From the NCBI GenBank assembly GCA_050013255.1, contig JBEKFP010000001.1, positions 544,001 through 608,000 of the forward strand: DNA of 64,000 bases, in the 5' to 3' direction. The stretch's first letter is position 1; each line of letters starts with the position of its first letter. Made by a program: the position numbers and the translations under genes. Below the pieces are notes generated by a model. It was given only the letters and a program-made list of their open reading frames with translations, made no database searches and was not told the origin of the DNA. Source of the DNA: Candidatus Bathyarchaeia archaeon. Its GTDB lineage: Archaea > Thermoproteota > Bathyarchaeia > 40CM-2-53-6. Below are positions 10,509 through 19,159 of the stretch, piece by piece.

Positions 10509-11693
10509 TCAGAGAGATGGTGTCAAAGGAAATAGCTCAGTTCGGCTTCCATCTGGAATGTACGGACAAGCAGGGTCTTCCTCGAATGGGTCTCCGTATT
10601 CTGCGAAAGCTCTAGATCTAGAACCTCCGCAAATTTCTTTGTACTCGCATTTGCCACAACGGCCCTTCAAGTTGGAAGAATCTCTCAACGCGATAAACAG
10701 CGGACTCGACCGGTATATCGTTCGGAGATCCTCTTCGGGCACTTTACCCGCGCTGACCGGCAGAAAACCGCTTGGGTATACTTCTCCATCATGTGCGACG
10801 AAAACAATACCCTTCCCGTCCCGTGTGTGTGTTGACTTCATTGCTGGGGGGCTTGTAGGCGGTCCTTCCAGACCTTGTAACCTCGCACCGAGGCGACGGT
10901 GAAGTTCACCATTGGGCGGGGCCAGACCCTTCTGCCGTTCTATTCGTACCCTTCTGAAATTCGGACCTTCGGCTGTCCGCACGGGGATACCATAGTGTGC
11001 AGCGTCATAGAGAAAGTGCATGACTTCCTCGCATTCTTCAGGGTCGAGGATCTCAAGCGCCGCGCCTCGACCTGTTCGAATTAGAAAGAAGACCTCCCAC
11101 GCGACTGCTCCGGTTTCCTTGACGATATGAAAGATGTCCGCTAGCTCCTCGAGGTTGCTTCTCATAACTGTCGTGTTTATTTGCGCCCTCAATCCTAACT
11201 GTTTCGCCAGACGAAGCGATTGAATCGTTTCGCTCCATGTGCCTCGAATCCCGCGTAGGCGGTCATGAGTTTCTGGGGAAGCCCCGTCGAGGCTTACAGA
11301 CATTATGTCAACGCCGAGTTCCGTCATACGCGAGATTGTTGAGGCATTTAGCTTCGGTGTCACGCTCGCGGCGACTGCCACATAGATCCCTAGGCCCTTT
11401 GCGCGTTCGATTAAGTCGAAAAAGTCCTCTCGCATTATAGGGTCTCCCCCGGTCAAGAGAAGCGCGGGATAGGGTTCTCCGAACCCTGTGAGCTGATCTA
11501 TAAGTTTCAAGCCTTGCTCGCGATCGAGCTGCCCAGCCTTGGGTTTCCTCATGGCTTTGGCTCTGCAATGCTTGCAAGCAAGTAGGCAGGCCTTCGTAGT
11601 TTCCCAGCAAACAAAGATTGGAGCCTCAGATAGGTCGCCCCGCAGAGTCCAAGGAGGTCTCGTCATTTTCGGCAGCTCTGAATACAAGGCCAA
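10509..11693 (-). CDS. Radical SAM/SPASM protein of the AhbD/NirJ-related group (TIGR04053-like)
   Basis: WETTKACLLACKHCRA (CxxxCxxC), LTGGDP, GEVYPSGFLP, SPASM CGKCEYKEICGGSRSRA..EDPAC. Confidence 0.85.
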   Translation of the reverse strand: MALYSELPKMTRPPWTLRGDLSEAPIFVCWETTKACLLACKHCRAKAMRKPKAGQLDREQGLKLIDQLTGFGEPYPALLLTGGDPIMREDFFDLIERAKGLGIYVAVAASVTPKLNASTISRMTELGVDIMSVSLDGASPETHDRLRGIRGTWSETIQSLRLAKQLGLRAQINTTVMRSNLEELADIFHIVKETGAVAWEVFFLIRTGRGAALEILDPEECEEVMHFLYDAAHYGIPVRTAEGPNFRRVRIERQKGLAPPNGELHRRLGARLQGLEGPPTSPPAMKSTHTRDGKGIVFVAHDGEVYPSGFLPVSAGKVPEEDLRTIYRSSPLFIALRDSSNLKGRCGKCEYKEICGGSRSRAFAEYGDPFEEDPACPYIPDGSRTELFPLTPSL

Positions 11694-11705
11694 CTAGGAT
11701 TCAGT

Positions 11706-11727
11706 ATATTTAACGTTCGTTATATAA
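11706..11727 (-). promoter_or_regulatory. TATA box with overlapping inverted repeat; candidate TetR operator of the heme operon
   Basis: TAACG-tt-CGTTA core (11711-11722), arms match 8/10 over 11706-11727; TTATATA on the minus strand ~30 nt before TTG 11693. Confidence 0.6.
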
Positions 11728-11853
11728 TGTCAAAAGTAAACTTGAATTCTACTGCACCTTCAACCCTTGATTTTCCATTTGCCCTAATCTTGGCAACCTT
11801 GGGTGAAGCTTAAGTTCCGTGAGTGTTACGTGGTGGATGGTTTGGGAAAGAGC

Positions 11854-12627
11854 TTGACTTACCAGAATATCTTACTGAGCAAAGAGGGCAATGTGGGCAT
11901 ACTTCACCTGAACCGTCCCAAGGTTCTCAACGCACTCAACTCCGAGCTCATGGTCGAGCTAGTAAGTGCCCTCGAAGAACTGGACAAGGACCAAAGCATT
12001 CATTCCATGATTTTGACCGGAGGCGAAAATGTCTTTGCGGCTGGAGCAGACCTGCGTGAGATGGTTGAGGCCACACCGGTTGACCTCGTGCTTGGCCGGC
12101 GCTTTGAACTTTGGGATCGCATCAGAAAGATCTCAAAGCCAATCATAGCTGCAGTAAGCGGTTACTGCTTAGGTGGAGGAAATGAGCTGGCAATGAACTG
12201 CGACATTATCATAGCATCGGAAACTGCAACCTTCGGTCAACCGGAAGTCAACGTAGGGATCATGCCGGGCGCCGGCGGGACACAAAGGTTAACGCGTGCT
12301 GTTGGGAAGTACAAAGCTATGGAAATGATACTAACAGGCAAACCGATTTCAGCTGAAGAAGCATGCCGGGCAGGCCTCGTTAATCGCGTGGTACCGAAAG
12401 AGAGTCTGATGGATGAAGCAAAGAAAATTGCCAGTGAGATCGCCTCCAAGCCCACAATATCAGTTAGAGCAGCAAAGGAAGCGATATCGAAAGCGCAAGA
12501 CACGACACTAGAAATAGGATTGGAATTTGAACGCAGGACCTTCTATATGTTGTTTGCAACTGAAGACGGCAAAGAAGGCATGAGAGCGTTCTTGGAAAAA
12601 AGAAAGCCCGCTTTCAAGGGAAGATGA
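11854..12627 (+). CDS. Enoyl-CoA hydratase (PaaF/EchA8-like)
   Basis: LNRPKVLNAL, FAAGADL, GGGNELA, FGQPEV..GIMPGAGGTQRL (both catalytic Glu present); start moved to TTG 11854. Confidence 0.92.
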   Translation: MTYQNILLSKEGNVGILHLNRPKVLNALNSELMVELVSALEELDKDQSIHSMILTGGENVFAAGADLREMVEATPVDLVLGRRFELWDRIRKISKPIIAAVSGYCLGGGNELAMNCDIIIASETATFGQPEVNVGIMPGAGGTQRLTRAVGKYKAMEMILTGKPISAEEACRAGLVNRVVPKESLMDEAKKIASEIASKPTISVRAAKEAISKAQDTTLEIGLEFERRTFYMLFATEDGKEGMRAFLEKRKPAFKGR

Positions 12628-12897
12628 ATGAAATCGACTAGTATCCTAGAAGCCGCTTTTATCTCGACAGGCATTGCCTTAGTGGTCTTGCTGGTCGGTT
12701 TAAATTGTTTGCAAGGTTCGGCGGGGATGAAATTATTTGGAATTCTCGAATGTGATTATGGCCTCACGTCTGCTGATTTTCGCGTGAAGATAGGCGCGAC
12801 AGCCGTGTTTGTGCTCTTTCTAGCATTGCTTTTCGGTCCGATTCTAGCTGTTCTTCGACGGTCTGGACACATTAAGCGCTCAAAACGCTCAGATTAA
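12628..12897 (+). CDS. Small two-TM hypothetical membrane protein
   Basis: ATG directly after the upstream stop; two hydrophobic helices, two Cys in the loop, basic tail. Confidence 0.6.
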   Translation: MKSTSILEAAFISTGIALVVLLVGLNCLQGSAGMKLFGILECDYGLTSADFRVKIGATAVFVLFLALLFGPILAVLRRSGHIKRSKRSD

Positions 12898-12918
12898 TTC
12901 TTGGCTGAGGAATAGAAA

Positions 12919-13722
12919 ACGACGACTCAAGCCTATCAAACATTGCGCTATGAAAAGTCGGACACCATCGCTACCATAACCCTGAATCGACCTGACGTGC
13001 TTAACGCGGTGAACGAAACGATGGGCAAGGAGCTACTTGATGCGCTCCGCAGCGCTGAAAGGGATGATGAAGTTCATTGCCTCATCATAACGGGAAACGG
13101 GCGTGCCTTCTGCGCAGGAGAAGACATTCAAGATTTGCGCGGGCAATACGAAAGGGGGGAGAATCCGAAACTCGGAGAGAGGCTTCTGCTCAAGTACAAT
13201 CCAATCATCCGGCAAATTCGCCGCATGCAGAAACCGGTAATCGCAGCAGTGAACGGCGTCGCGGCAGGGGCAGGAGCGGGAATAGCCTACTCATGCGACA
13301 TTCGCATCGCTTCCGACAATGCCAGATTCCTGCAAGCCTTCATCAAAGTTGGACTTGCACCGGATTCAGGAACCAGCTTCTTCCTCTCAAGGCTCGCGGG
13401 ATTCTCAAAAGCTTTGGAACTATCTCTAACCGGCGATGAACTCACGAGCAAGGATGCAGAACGCCTCGGATTAGTATCCAAAGTCGTCCCCGCAGAACAA
13501 CTGATTGGGACGGCGCGAGAGCTAGCGACTAAATTGGCACAGGGGCCGTCGAGGGCGATTGGCCTTACCAAGCGGGCCCTCAACAAGTCAATATCGAGTG
13601 ACTTGGAAACAGTATTGGAATACGAAAGTTATCTGCAAGAGATAGCTGGAGCAACGGCCGACCATATCGAAGCGGTTAGGGCTTTCTTTGAGAAAAGAAA
13701 GCCGCTGTTCAAGGGGAAATAA
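12919..13722 (+). CDS. Enoyl-CoA hydratase/isomerase (PaaG-like)
   Basis: AFCAGED, AAVNGVAAGAGAG, AFIKVGLAPDSG (PaaG-type Asp); GAGG RBS 8 nt before in-frame ACG 12919; first standard start is TTG 12943. Confidence 0.88.
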   Translation, partial: TTTQAYQTLRYEKSDTIATITLNRPDVLNAVNETMGKELLDALRSAERDDEVHCLIITGNGRAFCAGEDIQDLRGQYERGENPKLGERLLLKYNPIIRQIRRMQKPVIAAVNGVAAGAGAGIAYSCDIRIASDNARFLQAFIKVGLAPDSGTSFFLSRLAGFSKALELSLTGDELTSKDAERLGLVSKVVPAEQLIGTARELATKLAQGPSRAIGLTKRALNKSISSDLETVLEYESYLQEIAGATADHIEAVRAFFEKRKPLFKGK

Positions 13723-13730
13723 GTAGGGCA

Positions 13731-14717
13731 CTAAAACGGAGTAGCAATGGGTTCGTCCTTACGCACGTCGACCTCCACTCCTTCGAGATCTATCTCATGG
13801 ATAGCGGGAATAGGGATTCCTAATTTCTCTACTTGCTCTCTACGCCTTTCAATAGCCTTCAACCAACCCTTCGATTTCTCATCCAATGTTGGCACACCTA
13901 AACCAGAATCTCTCGCAACCCCCTCCATTTCCAAATCAATTTCATCGAAATCTTTGGGTAGGTGCCAAAAGATGGATATGGGCCTGTATAGTAAGGGAGA
14001 CAGGAATATGAAACCATGTTTCATCTGTCTAGTAATCATGAGCTTCTGGTCCTGTTCGAAATCCCTTGCGAGATTGTCTAAGAGAGACAATGTTCCTGCA
14101 AGATGACGCGACTCGTCGACCGTAACGTTCTGGAAGGCTTCCTTGTAGAGTTTGATATTCGAGAGTTCGCTTACGGTCTTGAAGATTAATTGGGCGCCTA
14201 TTTCGGCGAAGAAGAAACTTGAGAAGATCAACTCCAAGGGATATTTGTCCCATGCTTTCATGAACCCGTCCCAATACCGTCGTCCATTATCATACAACGC
14301 CAGGATATTCTTTAGAGCCCTCTTCTCGAAGTCTGTCGTGGCATTGTACTTGTATGGAAAGTTTGGACAGAGCTTGTTGCAAGCTCGCCTGCAGACCTCG
14401 TCATGCCTGCACTCGTCAAAAGTCACCGCGGCCAAGAACTTCTTCGTAGGGTCCTCCATATCGGACATAGCCGCCTTTAGCATTGCAGTTCCAAATGCCC
14501 CAATCCCTGACTTTTCGAAAAGCGCCAGTTTTGCCATCCAATACGCCTGCGCGACGCGCTCTTTCGAGTCCAACCCGGACGGGTCCAATGAATCCCAAGC
14601 TAATGTGACAGGGTTCCAATCTTGTACGAAAGATTGCTCATACGTGCGAAGTAATTGCTGCGTCTTCACTGTCCAGTTGCCAGGGAATATGTTCGGTTCA
14701 CCAGAAGATGTTGACAT
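13731..14717 (-). CDS. Ferritin-like diiron-carboxylate protein, function unknown
   Basis: Ligand set FEKSG...DECRH...AEIGA...DESRH (E, ExxH, E, ExxH); start placed at ATG 14717. Confidence 0.8.
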   Translation of the reverse strand: MSTSSGEPNIFPGNWTVKTQQLLRTYEQSFVQDWNPVTLAWDSLDPSGLDSKERVAQAYWMAKLALFEKSGIGAFGTAMLKAAMSDMEDPTKKFLAAVTFDECRHDEVCRRACNKLCPNFPYKYNATTDFEKRALKNILALYDNGRRYWDGFMKAWDKYPLELIFSSFFFAEIGAQLIFKTVSELSNIKLYKEAFQNVTVDESRHLAGTLSLLDNLARDFEQDQKLMITRQMKHGFIFLSPLLYRPISIFWHLPKDFDEIDLEMEGVARDSGLGVPTLDEKSKGWLKAIERRREQVEKLGIPIPAIHEIDLEGVEVDVRKDEPIATPF

Positions 14718-14798
14718 GCAGACCATGTTAGGGGAAAACGAGTGCGCCTTTAAGCATTCCGTAGAAAAGTGAGGAGGGATCCCGTTCAATTCTGTAGC

Positions 14799-15023
14799 TC
14801 AATCGTCTTCAACGAAGATTTTCTTTTCGCAGAGCTTTTCGAGGCGATGCACGATCGAGCTCCGTTCTAAGGAGGTTTTGAGTTCTCCAAACACACTATC
14901 CGTCATTCCAAACCTGACCTTGTTTGCCGCGCTCTTATCGAATAATGCCCTACTCGTGTGGACCATCGGGCTATGGGTAATCGCAGGTTTCGTTCTAATA
15001 ACACCGCAATGCATGATACTCAT
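14799..15023 (-). CDS. Small hypothetical protein (74 aa)
   Basis: GAGG RBS, ATG, protein-like composition with HCG and HRLEKLC; co-oriented upstream of the diiron gene. Confidence 0.6.
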   Translation of the reverse strand: MSIMHCGVIRTKPAITHSPMVHTSRALFDKSAANKVRFGMTDSVFGELKTSLERSSIVHRLEKLCEKKIFVEDD

Positions 15024-15135
15024 CTCTAGGATTTTCCTCGCCTACTCTTTCCACAGTGTGGGACCGAGCTTCATAACCACCGTGAGCGAAAAGGCGTTAA
15101 AGCAAATAGCCCCAGACTAGTCAACGGACCAGCTC

Positions 15136-16092
15136 ATGAGCAAGAGAATACGGCTCTTCTTTGTAACAGACGTCCACGGCTCCGAGAAATGTTTCCGGAA
15201 ATTCGTGAACGCTGCCAAATTCTACGAGGCGCAAGTACTAATCTTAGGTGGAGACATAACTGGCAAAATGGTCATCCCAATTGTCGACCAGAGCAACGGT
15301 ACTTACAACTGTAGATTCTTAGGAAACGAATTAGTAATCAAGTCGAAAGAAGATCTCGATACCACGGTGAAGAACATCCGCGACGCAGGCTTCTATCCCT
15401 ACATGTCAAACCAACAAGAAGTTGTAGAACTCCAAGCTAACAAGGCAAAACTCGACGCGCTCTTTGAACGGCTTATGGTAGAATCCGTCGACAGTTGGGT
15501 CAAGCTTGCCCACGAGCGACTATCAGGCACAGACGTCAAATGTTACATCTCGCCCGGCAACGATGACATCCTCGCCATCGACTCACACCTAACAAACACA
15601 GGCGTCGTCTTCAACCCCGAGAGAAAAGTTGTGCAAATCGACGAGACTCATGAAATGATTACACTCGGGTACACTAATCACACTCCTTGGAATAGCCCAA
15701 GGGAGGTTGACGAGGATCAGTTGGAAGTAATGCTGGAAGAAATGTGTGGACAAATTCATGACATGAAGAACTCGATTTTCAACATACACTGCCCGCCGAT
15801 TCAAACAATAATCGACCAAGCACCGGCATTAGATTCAACCCTAAAGCCCATCGTAAGAGGTGGCCAACTCCAGATGACGGCGGCAGGGAGCTCAGCCACT
15901 AGGAAGGTCCTTGAAAAGTATCAGCCCCTAGTCGGAATACATGGCCATATCCACGAAAGTAAAGGCGTAACAAAGATAGGCAAAACAAGCTGTTTCAACC
16001 CGGGAAGCGAGTATACCGAAGGAATTCTGCGCGGCCTAGTAATCGACCTCGAAGACCGAAAGATAAAGAATTACACGTTTACTGCGGGCTGA
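15136..16092 (+). CDS. Calcineurin-like metallophosphoesterase (Icc-related), copy 1
   Basis: TDVHGS, GGDITGK, PGNDD, HCPP, HGHIHE, NPGSEY motifs. Confidence 0.9.
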   Translation: MSKRIRLFFVTDVHGSEKCFRKFVNAAKFYEAQVLILGGDITGKMVIPIVDQSNGTYNCRFLGNELVIKSKEDLDTTVKNIRDAGFYPYMSNQQEVVELQANKAKLDALFERLMVESVDSWVKLAHERLSGTDVKCYISPGNDDILAIDSHLTNTGVVFNPERKVVQIDETHEMITLGYTNHTPWNSPREVDEDQLEVMLEEMCGQIHDMKNSIFNIHCPPIQTIIDQAPALDSTLKPIVRGGQLQMTAAGSSATRKVLEKYQPLVGIHGHIHESKGVTKIGKTSCFNPGSEYTEGILRGLVIDLEDRKIKNYTFTAG

Positions 16093-16236
16093 ACTTGAGA
16101 AGAGAAAAATTCGAATGACAAACAGCGAAACAGAACTATAGGCCTTCGCAAACTTATTTGTGCCCACAAGTTCGCAATCTCTCCTCCGATAATCCTAATT
16201 ACGCTGGAAGACGAGCGTTTGTCCAGGTGTGCTTAA

Positions 16237-17601
16237 CTGACTTCTCTTCAATCGTTAAGCTACGAAGATGCCCCTCAAATCCGGGTCAAACCGCCAGGGC
16301 CGAAGTCGAAGGAACTCCTCGCAAAACAATCTGCCCTCGAGACTAGAGCTGTGATTTACACCAAAGCATTTCCTTTCGCAATAGACTCCGCTAAAGGTGC
16401 CACGATAAAGGACGTCGATGGGAACGTGTACATAGATTGGGTCAGCGGTATCAGCGTCCTTAACCTCGGCCATAACAATCCCGAGATCAGTGCAGCTGCA
16501 AAATCGCAGATGGATCGCATATGGCACTCCCTTGAGATCCCCACTGAAACCAGAATTGATTTCCTTGAAAAAATGCACTCCCTTCTCCCAGGAAATCTGC
16601 GAGGGCACGCGAAAATCCTGTTCACTGTTACAGGTGGAGATGCATGTGAAGCAGCGGTCAGCCTCGCCAAGTACGCGACTGGGAAGAGAACGATAATCGC
16701 CTTCGAGGGCGCTTACCACGGCGTCCATCAGGGGATTGTGGGCGCAACTGCAAGCCGGCAATACCTCTCGACCTCAGGGGCTATGAGGTATGGTGTGTTT
16801 CACATTCCATTCCCCTACCCATACCGGTTCCCCCTCCCCGTTGAACAGAAGGGCGATGAAGCTAAGGTTGTTCTGAGATATCTTGAACATCTGCTGACTG
16901 ACACTCATTCGGGCCTCGACGATGCCTGCGGAATTTTAGTTGAACCGATTCAAGGTGAAGGAGGATATATTGTTCCACCAAACGACTTCCTACCTGGGTT
17001 ACGAGAAATTGCCGATAAGTTCCAAATTCCCCTGATAATCGACGAAGTCCAAACAGGGTTCGGAAGAACTGGACGCTTTTGGGGATGTGAGTTGACAGAC
17101 ACATCACCGGACATTATGTGCGTATCCAAGTCAGTTGGGGCTGGCATTCCCCTCTCGTTCATAGCGCACCGTGACGAATACGATGCTAAGCTTCCTGAAG
17201 CATTTCACCTCGGAACATACAGAGGGAACCCAATTGCCTTAGCCGCCGGCTCTGCAAGCATCGATTTCATTAAGAAAACAAATCTGCTCAACAGAGTCCA
17301 ACAACTGGGAAAGAAAACCATTTCACGGTTCGACCAGATTGCAAACACGAGCAGCAGGATCGGAGACGTGAGAGGCGCAGGCTTTATGATCGGTAATGAG
17401 TTCGTGGATTCAAAGGAAACAAAGAAACCATCTAAGGAGCTAGCCGTAAAGCTGCGAAAAACCATGTTTGAGAGAGGACTTCTCATGCACACGTGCGGCC
17501 ACTTCGGAAACGTACTTCGCTTTATGGCCCCATTGATTATCAGCGAACAGCTACTCGAAAAGGGGCTCGAAATATACGCGGCAGCTGTGAAAGAAAACTA
17601 G
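16237..17601 (+). CDS. Class III PLP-dependent aminotransferase (GabT-like)
   Basis: DVDGNVYID, FEGAYHG, EPIQGEGG, DEVQTGFGRTG, SKS Lys; conserved PPGPKS N-terminus lies upstream of GTG 16351, implying CTG start at 16237. Confidence 0.92.
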   Translation: MTSLQSLSYEDAPQIRVKPPGPKSKELLAKQSALETRAVIYTKAFPFAIDSAKGATIKDVDGNVYIDWVSGISVLNLGHNNPEISAAAKSQMDRIWHSLEIPTETRIDFLEKMHSLLPGNLRGHAKILFTVTGGDACEAAVSLAKYATGKRTIIAFEGAYHGVHQGIVGATASRQYLSTSGAMRYGVFHIPFPYPYRFPLPVEQKGDEAKVVLRYLEHLLTDTHSGLDDACGILVEPIQGEGGYIVPPNDFLPGLREIADKFQIPLIIDEVQTGFGRTGRFWGCELTDTSPDIMCVSKSVGAGIPLSFIAHRDEYDAKLPEAFHLGTYRGNPIALAAGSASIDFIKKTNLLNRVQQLGKKTISRFDQIANTSSRIGDVRGAGFMIGNEFVDSKETKKPSKELAVKLRKTMFERGLLMHTCGHFGNVLRFMAPLIISEQLLEKGLEIYAAAVKEN

Positions 17602-17634
17602 GCTTGCCAGCTTGCCGCGAATGATTTGCTTGCT

Positions 17635-18411
17635 TCAGTGAAGGGTGCTACCGCCGTCTAGGACTATGGTTTGCCCGTTTAGGAACGAAGAATCATCTGA
17701 GCAAAGGAACGCGAGGGACTTTGCTATCTCGTCAGGCGTTCCGAAGCGTTTGATTAGGTTACCACTCCGTTCCTTTGCCAATTCTTCCCTGCTTAATTCG
17801 CTCACCCATTCTGTTTCGATATTTCCTAGGGCGACCGTGTTCACTCGAACGTAGGGCGCAAGTTCGAACGCCAAGGCTTTTGTCAAGCCTATGATGCCAG
17901 CCTTGGCAACTGTGAAGGCAAACCCTTTGTTATGGCCGCTCAATGCTGGTGTTGAACTCACGTTCACTATGACACCGCTTTTCTGTCGTAGAAAATGCGG
18001 CGCAACGGCGCGGGCGCAGAGGAAAGAGCCGAAAAGGTCCACATTAAGTGGCTTATAGAAGTCTTCAGGCGTCAACTCCATGAACGATTTGTTCCATTCT
18101 CCTCTTGCAGGATAACCGGCTAGGTTCAGCAGCACATCTACCTTACCAAACTCTCGGACAGCTCCGTCCACCATCTCTTGGACTTGACCTTGTGCCTCCA
18201 ACAAATCAGTGAAGTTCACATGAGCAAGGATTGTCTTCTTTCCCAAAGCTGCAAGCTTGTCAGCAACCGTTTCAGCTTCAGCTATCCTAGACATGTATTG
18301 CAAAACAACGTCTGCACCTTCACTTGCGAACTCAATCGCCGCCGCACGTCCGATTCCTCCGCTTGCTCCCGTGATGATGGCAACCTTGCCAGACAACCGC
18401 GACATAACCAA
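17635..18411 (-). CDS. Short-chain dehydrogenase/reductase
   Basis: TGASGGIG, NVSS, GQTIVLDGG; catalytic YxxxK appears as FTVAK (Tyr replaced by Phe). Confidence 0.9.
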   Translation of the reverse strand: MVMSRLSGKVAIITGASGGIGRAAAIEFASEGADVVLQYMSRIAEAETVADKLAALGKKTILAHVNFTDLLEAQGQVQEMVDGAVREFGKVDVLLNLAGYPARGEWNKSFMELTPEDFYKPLNVDLFGSFLCARAVAPHFLRQKSGVIVNVSSTPALSGHNKGFAFTVAKAGIIGLTKALAFELAPYVRVNTVALGNIETEWVSELSREELAKERSGNLIKRFGTPDEIAKSLAFLCSDDSSFLNGQTIVLDGGSTLH

Positions 18412-18532
18412 CGCTCCTAACCCTGCATGAGCACCATAAGAGAGCTAAATGTCCCTCGTTCTCGGGGAGCACATTCACCTTGCGTCCAAAAAAGCGGCTG
18501 GGTGAACTTGGCGGCCCTAGCAACAGACTTAT

Positions 18533-18904
18533 GTGGCCAGGGCGAGGAAAATCAAGTTGAGAGAGGCAGAAACCTCGCCGACCATTGAACAGCTAACTCG
18601 CTCCCATATACGAATACCCGTCCTCGTTTACGAGCGCGAAAGAATCGCCCAGTATTTGCATTTCATCAAGCGGTATAGGAAAAGACTAGTTTTCGCTGGG
18701 AGATTGGAGGTGCTCGGAATCCTGCTTGTCGGATTCACCGGCTACATATACGTCTCAGGCACGAAGTACGGTTCTAAGGTCATCGACGGCCTCCTGAACA
18801 TCTTGGCCAGTGCGAAATTGGATGATTGCCTATATCAGATCGTGGATTGGCATCAGAAGAAAGGCCAACTTTTGGTCTTCGTCACAAGGGAATTCTATCG
18901 GTAA
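18533..18904 (-). pseudogene. Possible decayed minus-strand gene
   Basis: Frame antisense to ORF 18533..18904(+) is rich in GNN codons and protein-like (QDVQEAVDDLRTV, ILGDSFALVNEDG) but has 4 in-frame stops; family not recognised. Confidence 0.3.
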
Positions 18905-19060
18905 CCTCACAGTAGTGTATAGAATATTCTAGACGTCTTTTCTTGCGGCGAACACGGTCTCGTGTTCTGTCTCCGCTCCATTTGCAACTGTCAAGGTTTA
19001 GCCTTCGCCCGTTAAAGCCAAACGCTTTAAGCGATTAGCGGGTAGGTTCGAGAGGGTTTC

Positions 19061-19159
19061 GTGGTAGAAGAAAAACCGGAAGCAAGCAACGACGAAATAG
19101 ACGACGAGTATTTGCCAGCTTGCTGCCGCAACGGTAAAGGGCACAGTCACCCTGTATAA
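19061..19159 (+). CDS. 32-aa acidic Cys/His mini-protein (not in ORF track)
   Basis: MVEEKPEASNDEIDDEYLPACCRNGKGHSHPV; TTTAAG TATA at 19026-19031 and GAGGG just before GTG 19061. Confidence 0.6.
   Translation: MVEEKPEASNDEIDDEYLPACCRNGKGHSHPV

Noticed and set aside
18533-18904. 123-aa plus-strand ORF as a real gene; also amber (pyrrolysine) read-through of the minus frame
   Set aside because: The plus ORF has the codon signature of an antisense shadow and no recognisable motif. The minus frame also contains a TGA and no pyl genes are seen, so decay is simpler.
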